Shown piece after piece: positions 49,050 to 60,479 of a stretch of 64,000 nt of DNA (within the stretch, counting starts at the first letter, position 1; every line of letters starts with the position of its first letter). The stretch covers positions 57,954,749-58,018,748 of the forward strand of contig NC_088717.1 of NCBI RefSeq assembly GCF_963576615.1, given 5' to 3'. The DNA is from Watersipora subatra (taxonomy: Eukaryota). The notes under the pieces are model-generated. The model ran no database searches, was not told the origin of the DNA, and saw only the letters and a program-made list of their open reading frames with translations. The translations under genes and the position numbers were made by a program.

Positions 49050-49214
49050 TCCGTAGGAGGGGTATCTCTAACACCCCAAACCAATATATCTCAAGCTCAC
49101 GCTGATTGGATAACCTGTCTCTCTTGGTCGGATTCTGTACAACAGTTGGCTTCAGGGTCTAATGACTGCGTTGTCAAGTTGTGGGACTTTACAAAGTCTG
49201 CTCCACCTACTGAC
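49050..49214 (+). CDS. TEP1: TEP1-like exon AJ, WD40
   Basis: Splice sites tcctgcag|tcc ... actgac|gtacgt. Peptide SVGGVSLTPQTNISQAHADWITCLSWSDSVQQLASGSNDCVVKLWDFTKSAPPTD. Confidence 0.85.
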
Positions 49215-49484
49215 GTACGTAGTATATTTTATGGTGATGAAGTATGTGTGGCCATGATATAGTATTTCTAGCAATTAAGTGAGATACAAAGCAATGATTA
49301 TACTTACAACATTGCTAGCCTAGTACTAGAATTCAGCTTATGGTTAATTATCTTATGGACGCAGAACTTCAAAGACATAGTGGGTAGGCAAAGTTGCAAC
49401 ACAAAGTAGTTTTGGAAAAATCATGCGCAAATGGCCGAGTCTACAATTCATTATAACTAAGTCTTTGCCCTAGCTCTATTAGCA

Positions 49485-49925
49485 TGTACATGTCAGGAAT
49501 TTATAATCCATCAGTTTGCCTGTACACCACATCTGTTTGCCTGTACATTATATTTGTTTGCCTGTACATCATATCTGTTTGCCTGTACATCATATCTGTT
49601 TGCCTGTACATCACATCTGTTTGCCTGTACATCACATCTGTTTGCCTGTACATCATATCTGTTTGCCTGTACATCATATCTGTTTGCCTGTACATTATAT
49701 CTGTTTGCATGTACATCATATATGTTTGCCTGTACATCATATCTGTTTGCCTGTACATATTTGGCTTGTGCAAACATTAGAATTAGTGAATCGATTTAAA
49801 CCGCTTGATCGTATGTGTACTAACATATGTACTGCCATGTGTACTAACATGTGCACTAACATGTGCACTAACACATGTGTACTAACACATGTACTAACAT
49901 GTGTACTGACATGTGTTGTTTACTC
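49485..49925. repeat. Two arrays. A 21 bp unit tctgtttgcctgtacatcata in about 13 copies runs from 49485 to 49760. A 12 bp unit atgtgtactaac in about 9 copies runs from 49800 to 49925.
   Basis: Visual periodicity. It generates the spurious multi-frame ORFs at 49484-49950. Confidence 0.95.
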
Positions 49926-51370
49926 TGAACATGCATTGCCGGCTTTCTAGGCTACTGAATAAAACATGTTGTATTAATTGTAGTGACTGTAATTACTTTT
50001 GAGAAGTTTCCTGCAGTTTGAACTCCTAAATGTTGGCAAAAAGTAGAAGTAATTGGTTCAGCTGTTATGGATTAAAGCATGTCTTTTATTCTGAGGCATT
50101 TAATTGGTTCAGCTGTTATGGATTAAAGCATGTCTTTTATTCTGAGGCATTTATTAGTCTGCTTAGGCTGGTTTTTAACAAATCTTTATATGAACTCGAT
50201 AGATAGATTTGCACACCGGCCAACCTGGAGTTTTATGACGATGAAATACGACTGTATGAACTCGATAGATAGATTTGCACACCGGCCAACCTGGAGTTTT
50301 ATGACGATGAAATACGACTGACTACTAAGCGTAGCTCAGACCTCAGATAGAGTTCTATGAAAGAGCTAGCAAACAAGCAACTATCGTGCATCTGCAGTAG
50401 CAATCTTACAAAATATAAAATTCATGGACTTGAGCAATTGGCGATGATAAGCTTGCAGCTAAAAATATGTAAGTGTTAGAGGTGGTTGTGACATTCTGTC
50501 ACCTCCATTTCTGTTCTGCTGCTTATTCTTTTGCCTCGCTTTGCTGAATTCAAATGGTTCTAATATTTTTTCAATTCGCAATTCAACATGTAGTCTGCTG
50601 TACTAAAATTATTGCTTGACAGCATTATAAGAAAAATAAGTTAAGCTAAAACAATGGCTAAATCAAGTAGTATCTCATTACAATGCCCTCCTTACTACAT
50701 TGTGACATTTATATATAATGACTTTCTCTATCTTTCTTAATGTGACATCCCAGGTGGTTCACTTTCAATTTTCATCCCCAAGGGCTCGGCGAAAAAAGCA
50801 CGTTTTAGGGGTGTTTTTGGTGGCCAGACACTCTAGAGTGTTTTCCTAAAAAAGGGTATGTGTTTTTAGCTTGGTGCAGTGGATAGGGGCCAAATCTGTC
50901 TCATTGAGTTCCACACCGTGTAAAGGGGTATTCATGAGCAAAAAAGGGGGCAATTAGTCTGTAGTGATAAAGTGATAAGGGGTAGGTTTGTATTAATGTG
51001 TAAGTCAGTGGAAAGGGTGCATTTTATAACATCTCAGACTAGCTCTAGGGGATGTATAGAAGAGAGTGAACTCCCTGGGTGTGACATGCAAGGACCTCTT
51101 CTTTGCACTTGTTGTGTCGTGTGCAATGACTTGCTCACTAGATATCCCGTGTCATATACTAGAACCTCCTCTGTACATTTCTTAATGTACAAAGACCTCT
51201 TATTGGCAAGGTGTGATATGCTTCATGAATTACAAGCCGTATTGTCTGTTGATCACGGATGACACACAAAGTTCTCTGTAACTCGAATCAAATGGCTGTG
51301 CAAAGCTTACAGCATCTAGAAAACTTTTTGTATCGTTATTGGTTACTGTACGAGTTTTGATTGGTTGCAG

Positions 51371-51546
51371 GCTAAACATGAGCTCAAGGGACACGGTGCC
51401 GCCATCACCTCCGTCTCGTACAAAGCAGGCTGTATCGTCTCTGCTGCTATGAACGGAGAGTTCAAGGTATGGAGTCATAAGGGAAGTGAAGTCACATCTG
51501 TCAAATGCAAATCGGGAGCTTTGAATGCCTGCTCGTTGGGAATACG
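51371..51546 (+). CDS. TEP1: TEP1-like exon AK, WD40
   Basis: Splice sites ggttgcag|gct ... atacg|gtgagt. Peptide AKHELKGHGAAITSVSYKAGCIVSAAMNGEFKVWSHKGSEVTSVKCKSGALNACSLGI. Human has LGHQSAVSAV...DGTLKVWDHQGVELTSIPAHSGPISHC. Confidence 0.85.
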
Positions 51547-51784
51547 GTGAGTTGTTGCGTCGAGTTTAACAACCTCTGTTGGAGAAATGAAACCTTAACA
51601 AGTGAAAAAGTGGATTTTCTTTATGATACTCTATTGTAAGCTCATTTGGCAATAAATCATTCCTGCCTTTTCATGTATTTCAATATTTATGTTCTTGAAT
51701 ACAATGTGCTGTAAACACCTAAAAGTATACCCAACAATAATGGTGCATTTATTTTGTGACGATGACAACATTTGTATACTTTAG

Positions 51785-51999
51785 AATGGCATCCAAGGGT
51801 GGTGACGAGGCCACACCAGACTGGGTGAGTCAGATGGATTGGGACGATGTAGAGAGTAGTAAGCCCAAGGCTGCCACAAGTAAGGCAAAATCAGACATTC
51901 TGAAGGAGGTGTTGGTTGCGATTGGCTCTACAGATGGAGAAGTTCAGCTTTGGCAGCCACTCAAAGCCAATGAACAGGAAGAGTTCATCAGCACGTCAA
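51785..51999 (+). CDS. TEP1: TEP1-like exon AL, WD40
   Basis: Splice sites tactttag|aat ... gtcaa|gtcagt. Peptide MASKGGDEATPDWVSQMDWDDVESSKPKAATSKAKSDILKEVLVAIGSTDGEVQLWQPLKANEQEEFISTS. Confidence 0.7.
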
Positions 52000-52074
52000 G
52001 TCAGTGTATTTGCTGCCGTCAGCAGTCAACAGCCTTATTTACATGCCTACTTATTATATATGTAGGTGTATTTT

Positions 52075-52300
52075 ATTGTAGCTACATGTACATGTAGGTT
52101 TACTCTATTGTAGCTACATGTAGGTGTACTCTTCTGTAACTACATGTAGGTGTACTCTATTGTAACTACATGTAGGTGTACTCTAGGGTAACTACATGTA
52201 GGTGTACTCTAGGGTAACTACATGTAGGTGTACTCTATTGTAACTACACCTAGGTGTACTCTATTGTAACTACACGTAGGTGTACTCTATTGCTTTGCTC
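52075..52300. repeat. 26 bp tandem repeat, ctacatgtaggtgtactctattgtaa, about 8 copies
   Basis: Visual periodicity, directly after exon AL. Confidence 0.9.
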
Positions 52301-52499
52301 GCCCTTTTAGCTCAGCTAATATTGAGAACTATGATTAGTTGCATATTTTCTACAAGACTTATTTTACTCACAAAGTTCAAATTGGGTCAATTTTAACCTG
52401 TTACAACCTGTTGTGGTATGCCGCCAGCCAAGATACATGGACATAGCCCATATACATACTACTGCTGGTTAGACTATGAACTACATTTTGGCATTACAG

Positions 52500-52682
52500 G
52501 TGCCCTTTCTGTCTGTAATAATTCTAACAGACTGGTATCCACCCACCTCGATGAGTCAGTACGGATGTGGACCCTTCCTAGCGCAAAGCAAGTGAAGGCT
52601 AGCACAGAGAGATCAGTGGACCTGAAGCCTAACTACAACCAGATAACGCAGATTGCTGAAACTGAGATGTTTCTTCTTGCTG
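52500..52682 (+). CDS. TEP1: TEP1-like exon AM, WD40
   Basis: Splice sites cattacag|gtg ... ttgctg|gtgagc. Peptide ALSVCNNSNRLVSTHLDESVRMWTLPSAKQVKASTERSVDLKPNYNQITQIAETEMFLLA. Human has GPVRAAAVSETSGLMLTASEDGSVRLWQVPKEADD. Confidence 0.75.
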
Positions 52683-53016
52683 GTGAGCTATATAGCTAGG
52701 TATTCACATTATAGTGACTAAAGATGGTGGCGCGGGTAAACTTGTTTTTAGAGATTACAAAAGTTCAAGCACCTAGACTACAATGTGCTTGCACAGGTGA
52801 TACCAACTACCGGTAACTGGAGGAATTGTGTTTCCATGATCACTTGGGTCTCCTTACCCGGAGAAGAGTTCTCCTACCAAGTAAAGCTTCATTTAAATTG
52901 TGACCTTGGAGTTTACATAATCTATGTTAAATCATCCCCAGTGTTGTGCACGTTTAATAACACTTGTAGGGTTTGATTGACTGTAAAGTCTTAAGGTTTT
53001 ATATTGTCCTTTTCAG

Positions 53017-53249
53017 GCTCATTTGATGGAAGCTTAGCTGTGTGGCGTCGCACTGAAGGACGCCCCATTTGGCTCCGTCAGATTAACTGCAGTTCCACAG
53101 CTATATCTGCTATCAATGTACCTTTGGAGGACAAGCTTCCTATGAAGATATTTGTTGGTGCAGAAGACGGCACGTTGGCTATTGTAAATCTGAACTGGGA
53201 CGGTGCAAGAGTTTGGCTAGACCTGCTTAGTTCTACCCAGGAATGTCCG
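53017..53249 (+). CDS. TEP1: TEP1-like exon AN, WD40
   Basis: Splice sites cttttcag|gct ... gtccg|gtacgt. Peptide SFDGSLAVWRRTEGRPIWLRQINCSSTAISAINVPLEDKLPMKIFVGAEDGTLAIVNLNWDGARVWLDLLSSTQECP. Confidence 0.75.
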
Positions 53250-53955
53250 GTACGTACTTCATAAGCATGTAAATGATATGGCAATGGTACAGGTGCTGGT
53301 ATACGACTGACACGTAACTGTTAGACTTTAACTTGCCGTGTATGACATGCTCCTCACGGCTCTATGACCACCATTTGACAATAATGCATAGCTGATGATT
53401 ATGTTGATGAATGGTTGACGTATGGCTGGTACCCGACTGACACAAAACCTTCTAATGATTGACATCATGTCTGATGTATGATCAGCGCATAAATAATCTC
53501 TGATCGGGACATGACTGATGCATGATTGGGACATGACTGGTGTATGATCGGGACATGCCATATGTATGTTTGGGTCATGACTGATGCATGATCGACATGC
53601 AACCGCTTCATGATCGGCGTGTGATCGGCTCATCTAAAGCTCTAGCTTTCAAAAGGTTTCTGTGTTAGTATTTTCATGCTGAGTTCTTCGCGTTATTGGT
53701 AAACCAAGTGGTTATAAAGTCTCGGACTGAGAGCGCGCAACATTACTGGCACCTGATGAATAATTTGCGTTATCTGCTGTTGTATCAGGATATTCTTTTT
53801 GACTACCAATTTTGTTTAAATTTATATTCACAATTTTGAATTAAACTTATAATGTAAGAGACATGTCATGCAGTATAATGAAGTAATAGTGAAGTAATAC
53901 CCTAGTGTATTGGTGTATGAAATAGCCTTAGCACCTAAGCTCTTGTTTGTAGCAG

Positions 53956-54057
53956 AATGCAGACTCTGTCAGAAGCCGCCCCATTGTAAGCATCCAAATT
54001 GACAGGACATCTGAGGAAATTGGTCTTATATTTGGTGACCACAGAGGACTTAGCCTG
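53956..54057 (+). CDS. TEP1: TEP1-like exon AO. An alternative acceptor lies 3 nt upstream.
   Basis: Splice sites ttgtagcag|aat ... gcctg|gttagt. Peptide NADSVRSRPIVSIQIDRTSEEIGLIFGDHRGLSL. It is in frame and stop-free. Homology is weak. Confidence 0.45.
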
Positions 54058-54613
54058 GTTAGTTACTAAATGATTAGACTACTAGGGGTGTCGCATTAAT
54101 AATTACTAGTTTAAATACCTGTGTAACACTCATCTGGATTCTCTAAAGTCCCATCTCGAGCTACTTGTAGATTGCTGAGAACTAAATTTATATAGACTGG
54201 TGCAATGGCATGGTTTTACCTAACTAGTCAATTCACTCTGTGTAATTTCGTCTAAAGCTTTTGACTGGCTATGTATAAGGGATCAGTCTAGCATGTTCGT
54301 GTCCTTATTCTAGAAGTTAGTCAAAATGTATCCACCTACAACAGTGTCATGTAACATCTACACATGCCCATGCATCTTCTCATCCGCACGCATTTGGTGA
54401 CAGCTTGTCTTCACGATGCCTCTTGTGATTGTTTTTCAAGTATTCCAATGTTTATTCAGTAGGTTTCCTTTCATGGCTGCAAGCTTTAGTTCATCAGATC
54501 TTCTGTACCATTCTCATCTAACATTATATATCTTCTACGGTATTTAACTTAAAAAACAATTATAGGTTTTCTTCATAGAAACATGTTCAAAAAAAGAAAA
54601 TGTTTTACTTTAG

Positions 54614-54700
54614 GGCTCTGCAAATGACAAGACTCTCTCTATGAAGGGCAGCTGCAGCTATGCGCTTAGGATGAACATCAGTGAAATCAAAACTCTAAAG
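54614..54700 (+). CDS. TEP1: TEP1-like exon AP
   Basis: Splice sites tactttag|ggc ... ctaaag|gtgaga. Peptide GSANDKTLSMKGSCSYALRMNISEIKTLK. Confidence 0.45.
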
Positions 54701-55096
54701 GTGAGACGCCTTTATTCTCACTCTTTAGCTTCCTTGAGAGCTTTTCGTTAACATTTCTTAACAGTTTTCTTAACATTTCTCCATGTTGTATATCTCTACT
54801 GATTACTGTATACTTCTCACCATCTGTAGGGCTGCTAAGCTTTATATCAGAATATAAAACAAACCATGTGATCCTGCCTAGATTCTTCAATTAGCAATAG
54901 CCTGTGATCCAGGCTTCTTAAACTTGAGATTCTTGCTTCGTACCAAACTCTGTCTTCTTCAAAAATTCTCATGCTTGTTTTATCGAACCTGACATAGTGA
55001 AAAGCTAAATTCCTTCAAGGGAAATTTGTTGAAACTAGCTGAGGCCTATTGCACTGATGCTAACATGGTGACAGCAATCTGTTAGTATGTTTCTAG

Positions 55097-55339
55097 GCTT
55101 ATGAACTGAGCAAAACCCTCGATGATGGAGAATTGATAACAAGCTGCGCTTCTTCATCATTTGTCTGCACAGGAACAAGCAAAGGTCGGGTTCTATTGAG
55201 CTCTAAAGAGCATGTGCAGCAGCGCATGCAGGCTCATAACATGAGAGTCACCTGCCTCATCATCGTTGACAGAATTCTTATTTCTGCTGGAGCGGACTCA
55301 TTTGTTAAGCTGTGGAGGGTTGATCACAATGGTTTCCAG
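55097..55339 (+). CDS. TEP1: TEP1-like exon AQ, WD40
   Basis: Splice sites tttctag|gct ... ttccag|gtaaat. Peptide ...ITSCASSSFVCTGTSKGRVLLSSKEHVQQRMQAHNMRVTCLIIVDRILISAGADSFVKLWRVDHNGFQ. Human has SGSVTALHVLPELLVTASKDRDVKLWERPSMQ. Confidence 0.75.
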
Positions 55340-55364
55340 GTAAATGGCTGTTGACATACATTGT

Positions 55365-55810
55365 AACCAGTAACCAGCAGTACACTTGTAAGTACACTTC
55401 ATCTTTCACTTAGCATCGTGTCTGTACATAGACTAAACTATAACCAGTAACCAGCAGTACACTTGTAAGTACACTTCATCTTTCACTTAGCATCGTGTCT
55501 GTACATAGACTAAACCATAACTAGTAACCAGCAGTACACTTGTAAGTACACTTCATTTTTCACTCAGCATCGTGTCTGTACATAGACTAAACTATAACCA
55601 GTAACCAGCAATACACTTGTAAGTACACTTCATCTTTCACTTAGCATCGTCTCTGTACATAGACTAAACTATAACCAGCAGTACACTTGTAAGTACACTT
55701 CATCTTTCACTTAGCATCGTGTCTGTACATAGACTAAACTATAACCAGTAACCAGCAGTACACTTGTAAGTACACCTCATCTTTCACTTAGCATCGTGTC
55801 TGTACATAGA
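55365..55810. repeat. About 75-80 bp tandem repeat, about 5 copies (aaccagtaaccagcagtacacttgtaagtacacttcatctttcacttagcatcgtgtctgtacatagactaaacta)
   Basis: Visual periodicity. It starts about 25 nt after the exon AQ donor. Confidence 0.9.
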
Positions 55811-56001
55811 CTAAACTAACCTACAGATTGGAAGCGCATTTACATTCTAACTGATCTACCGACGGCCATGCTTGGTCGATTGTTCTATGATGTTACTGTA
55901 AACGAAAACTAAATCCATTTCAGTGTTCTATGAACAACTATTAATGCTTTCAACGGTGCTGCAATGTGACATTCTTTCCTAAAATCTATATTGTATTACA
56001 G

Positions 56002-56145
56002 CTGCTGAGCAAGCATATAGCCTTGGCTCCAGTTACCAGCTTATCATGCAGTGGGGTCAACAACCTACAAGCTAACAGACCTGTATATGAAGTGTATTGT
56101 GGAGACGTTCTTGGTGGGGTACACAGACTTGATTTCCATCTCTAA
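56002..56145 (+). CDS. TEP1: TEP1-like terminal coding exon, with stop TAA at 56143-56145
   Basis: The acceptor is gtattacag|ctg. Peptide LLSKHIALAPVTSLSCSGVNNLQANRPVYEVYCGDVLGGVHRLDFHL*. Human C-terminus is LLGLFRCEGSVSCLEPWLGANSTLQLAVGDVQGNVYFLNWE*. Confidence 0.7.
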   Translation: MLSKHIALAPVTSLSCSGVNNLQANRPVYEVYCGDVLGGVHRLDFHL

Positions 56146-56305
56146 TGGTAGAAGACTGACTATCTACCGTAGTAATTGCTATTTCTGTTCGATCAATTGA
56201 TTTATTTTTCTATCTTCAAAGTTGACAATCCTAATCAAAAGCAATCATCAGTAATCTTTATTTTATGTAAACAATCTACTCATCTAGTGAACGACAGAGT
56301 TTAAC

Positions 56306-56311
56306 AATAAA
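56306..56311 (+). terminator. Putative polyadenylation signal AATAAA for TEP1-like, about 160 nt after the stop codon
   Basis: The hexamer caATAAAaat is the first canonical one downstream of the terminal exon. Confidence 0.35.
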
Positions 56312-58332
56312 AATATGACTTGAGCCTTGCACGATGACAGCTGAAAATCGAGCATACTGTCTGATATAACCAGCAGGCGACAAAGTGTCCCTATATTGTA
56401 AATTTCACTGGAATGTACAGTAAATGCACTAAAGATAAGAATCGACAAAGATTACACCCGAGTGCTCTCATGCCTAAATATTGCTGGGAGAGGGGTTTGG
56501 GTGGCAGAGCATGAAGTAGACACCCCCACTGGGATTGAGCCATACAGATACATCATCCTTGGGACTCAGAGTGCCTATGAAACTGCCTGTAATAAATGTT
56601 AGACGATGTGAATTGGCAGCACTCTTATCTATCAACTGATAACTACAGGAATGAATATGCTTATAGAAGGCTCTTAGCTGAGATTATAGAATGTCAGGGA
56701 TCATAGATTATGACTCCTATGTAGTTTTGCAAACAGCTTTAGGAACTTTCAGATTTTCTACACGTACCCTTCTAGCCACGCATGTGAAATATCTATTCTT
56801 TGGTAGATTAAAAGTTACAGCTTGCTCGCACCCTAAAATTTGAAGTGATCCTCTACATGCCACTTTTGACAATAATCAATCATAAGACTTTAATAACGTT
56901 TTTATGATTTGTTTAATAAAAATGTTTGCTATGTGGTGAGTGATCTGCCGTCGCCGCATACGATTATTTAAAATAGATGACAATCTCAGACTACATTTTT
57001 CAAATGATGTGTTGTATAATACATGTTCTCAAATGTTCACAAATGATCTGTTGTTCTCAATGAATAGTTGCTAACACGTGATGAACATTAACACGGATGT
57101 ACATCTCAGACTACATATTTCAATGATGTGTTGTAAAGACACAGGTACTTACAATCAATCTCAGACTACATATTTCAATAATGTGTCGTAAAGACATAGG
57201 TACCTACAATCAATCTCAGACTACATATTTCAATGATGTGTCGTAAAGACATAGGTACCTACAATCAATCTCAGACTACATATTTCAATGATGTGTTGTA
57301 AAGACATAGGTACCTACAGTCAAAATAGTCTCAATAAATAGTTGCTAACACATCCTGCTGCACATTATTAATCGTAAGCAAGCTATCATAATTTTCCTAT
57401 AACTGTAAGGGGGTAGAATTCAAGTTTGTCGGATATGTGCATGCTGCATATGTAACAAGGAACTGGAGGTATCCAATTAATAAAATAATCTATACTATAA
57501 ACAGTGACCATCTGAAGCCACACCAAGAGTATCAGGAACAAAGCTGCCTCGTGCGGGATCTGAACTCAGGTATGCCGATTAATGGTCCAGCGCTCTGACC
57601 AGTGCACCACTAAATTACTTTATCACATCTGTATTTAAACAAAAGGAATCCATTATCTGCACACATTGAGTCAATAAAAATATGTTACTAACCCATTCTG
57701 AGCGTAGTTTTGCTTTGTAAAATCTTTTTTAAAGCAATTTATTTTTAGCAATGACAAGTCATGCTAGACGCATTAAAGCTACAAATTTTTGCTAATTTCA
57801 GATATATAAACTTTAGGTGAACGTTTGTTATTGAACAATAATACTAATGAAAGTTATTACTCATATTTTATAGGTACTAAGAATGCCATAAACTAATAAT
57901 ATTGTTTAATCGTCCAACTCGAACGTGCTCGTGGTCTTTTTGAAAATGGCTGAAAAAGTGTTCGTTCTCATTCTGCAACGCATATGTGGTGTTTTTCATG
58001 GTTTTGGCTAATGTAAAATTTTGGGATGATTAATTTGGTATTAAAATATATTTTATAGACCATTTGGTTTAAAAGTCATAACGTTTATACGCGCCCCTGA
58101 TAAATATTATGTTTTATCGAACTAGAGAAGAGCTTTAGAAAAAAAGATTGCCTCGCACGGAAATCACACCCAGGGTGCACAATTGAAACGCACGCGCGCT
58201 GCTATTACACCACTCAGTACTCCTAACAATAAACTGGATAGTTCCCGATATACTGATTACTCATGACGATCTCTCAAAGTACACAAGACTGGCGAATGTA
58301 CTAGTCTGTCTAAAGCTACACGAGTATGCAAG

Positions 58333-58581
58333 TTATATCTTCAATGGGTGTGCGTCATTTGCTGTTCGTAACGTCTCTGAAACATAAAAACTCATACATA
58401 GTTGGATACAATACTCACCTTCGAAAACTTCATAGCAGTCATAGCTGGTAGCAACAGATAGCCCTAAATCTTCTAGTGACCTGTTGATCTTTACTGGGGT
58501 GGGACCATCTGTCGTCCTAAGTAGCGCCACAGCCATGGAGTTACCTTTCAGTTCCCTGATGTACGTCTCTATGATCGTTCC
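58333..58581 (-). CDS. GH27-like terminal coding exon, with stop at 58333-58335. It is read as one exon like human GLA exon 7.
   Basis: The acceptor is tgtgcacag|GGAACG. Peptide GTIIETYIRELKGNSMAVALLRTTDGPTPVKINRSLEDLGLSVATSYDCYEVFEGEYCIQLCMSFYVSETLRTANDAHPLKI*. Human GLA has [49 protein letters not shown]... Confidence 0.7.
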   Translation of the reverse strand, partial: GTIIETYIRELKGNSMAVALLRTTDGPTPVKINRSLEDLGLSVATSYDCYEVFEGEYCIQLCMSFYVSETLRTANDAHPLKI

Positions 58582-59332
58582 CTGTGCACATGAGAAATAC
58601 AGTAGGTGGGAGTAATAAAACTGCTGATTTCATCTATCAGTACAGTTTCTCCATAGTTCTATGAAGGAAGACTATTTTCTTCTTATTGCTTCCTATTATA
58701 GCTTCCCTTAACCTTCATTTCCTGAAATCTCTCAGCTAAACATGTTTCTGAAGATATTAGATCCTACTTACATATCGTATTAGGAACAGTAAATAAAACC
58801 CAAAAGCTTTTTGCTAAGATAAAGCGCCGATGCAATGTATTGCATCTGTTACAGCCATATAGTTTTCTTTCAGCTCCTTATGGATGTCTCTATAACCTTT
58901 CCCTGTGCAGGTAAGAGATACAAGGGTGAGTAATAATACTGCTTGCTTCAGGCTCCATTAACATATCTTAGCAAATGTTTCAATGAATATCTCCGTATTT
59001 TCATGAGAGTCGTATGCTCCCTCCTTAGTCCTACCTATTATAGCTATACTCAACCGTTTCTTTCATCACTGAACCAAACAGACATGTGTCTCATGATCTC
59101 TCTTCAAACCTGCACATCGTACCAGAAACAGTGAATGAAACCCAAAATATTTTTTTAGCGTAAAAGCATAGATGCCATGCCTCGCTTCACCCCAGCAGAT
59201 ACACTTCAAATGAAAATAACCAACAGTGTTATAACTGGAACAGCTCTGTTGAGTTCTAAAGTTGATAGGAAAGCCCACCAGGACACCCAGGTGCTCTCTG
59301 ATAACCAATGAGAGTTTGTAGCTAAGATATAC

Positions 59333-59530
59333 CTTGAAAACTCTCCTGCCTTGCTTGCCAAGAGGGTCTTGATTGACAGCGATGACATTTCGGTTAAGAA
59401 GAATTTTTGCGGCGGAGGGGTCTATGTTCCTAAGGTCAACTGACATGATCAGAGGTGATGCGTATATAGCCCAGAGAGCCATTTGTGCACGCCACTGATC
59501 ATAAGTTATGCCAAAGTCCCCAATGATTAG
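59333..59530 (-). CDS. GH27-like exon, 198 nt, the same length as human GLA exon 6
   Basis: Splice sites atttacag|CTAATC ... ttcaag|gtatat. Peptide [66 protein letters not shown]. Human GLA has [66 protein letters not shown]. Confidence 0.9.
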
Positions 59531-59840
59531 CTGTAAATAGGCAGAGATGTACAGAATATGCCTTTAATATCTCAGAATAATGCAAAGTTTAACTGCCCGA
59601 GATCACAAACCAAAGATATTGCAGAGAACAAGCAGAAATCTTTCTGATAGGCTTCTGGCCATATTATAATAGAACCCAAAACTTTGCCATAACTAATGAT
59701 TAACACAAACAAAATAAAATCATGGAAACGCTCAGAGGCCGATTGTGAAACAAATATAATTTGGTTATTTGTGACAAAACTTTTCTCTAGAACTCAACTT
59801 TTAGGCAGAAACAAAACAAAGTAGTGATAACTAGTCACAC

Positions 59841-60002
59841 CTCATCAGGATCGTTGTATTGCCCAGGACCAGCTATCTCAGCGAATTTGTCGGTATTGTT
59901 GCCATAGTGATCTATAATCGAGTATACGCTGCTCCAGTTATCCTGTATGTCTCCATAATTTCTCCAAATGTTGCAGTACTTGGCAATCGTATCATAGGGC
60001 GG
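59841..60002 (-). CDS. GH27-like exon, 162 nt, the same length as human GLA exon 5
   Basis: Splice sites ttttag|CCGCCC ... gatgag|gtgtga. Peptide PPYDTIAKYCNIWRNYGDIQDNWSSVYSIIDHYGNNTDKFAEIAGPGQYNDPDE. Human GLA has [54 protein letters not shown]. Confidence 0.85.
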
Positions 60003-60479
60003 CTAAAATTTACAAACATGTCTCTATAAGTCAGAAATACAATAGCACATCTGTTCCAAAAACAATGCAGTTTTGTAAACCAATAAATGCGCACTTTCGC
60101 AGTTCTGCTTTACATGGTGTTGAAAGAGTATTAAACCTTTCTTTTTTAAATTTAAAGCCATCGATTCCAAGGAAACTAGAGTAAATGATGAAAATAACAA
60201 AGACAATGCTTTTTTAGAACTAAGCAAGAAATTACAAAACGCAAGCAAACATCTTCGGATTATGTCATTAAAAAAATCTCCGAGGTCGTCAAGTAATTAT
60301 CGAGAATAAAATGAAAATGTGAACAAAATGACAGTCTGAAGCCAGTGAAAATGGAGAGGCGTTATGACTGGAACAGCTCTGTTGAGGTCTAAAGTTGATA
60401 GAACCCATCAGGACACCCAGGTGCTCCCTGATAACCGATGAGAGTTTATAGCTAAGATGTACTAGCTGATACTAGCTAA

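Larger units (their letters stand above)
10825..56145 (+). other. TEP1: Span of the TEP1-like gene (telomerase-associated protein 1 / vault TEP1 orthologue). 47 exons are modelled. The 5' end is uncertain and further exons may lie upstream.
   Basis: A chain of GT-AG exons with consistent phases encodes the domain order TROVE, vWA-like, NACHT, WD40. Several exon peptides align to human TEP1 as recalled. The chain ends in a terminal exon with a stop codon at 56143-56145. Confidence 0.85.

Noticed and set aside
49484-49950. Five overlapping ORFs on both strands (up to 144 aa)
   Set aside because: Artefacts of the 21 bp and 12 bp repeats located between exons AJ and AK.
58377-58418. A 42 nt segment with perfect GTGAGT...TTTCAG ends inside the last GH27 exon, possibly a micro-intron
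   Set aside because: Its length is a multiple of 3 with no stop, so both readings are open. The human orthologous exon is unspliced, and the retained reading keeps a Cys (GEYCIQLC) near the expected C-terminal disulfide region. It is kept as exonic but flagged.
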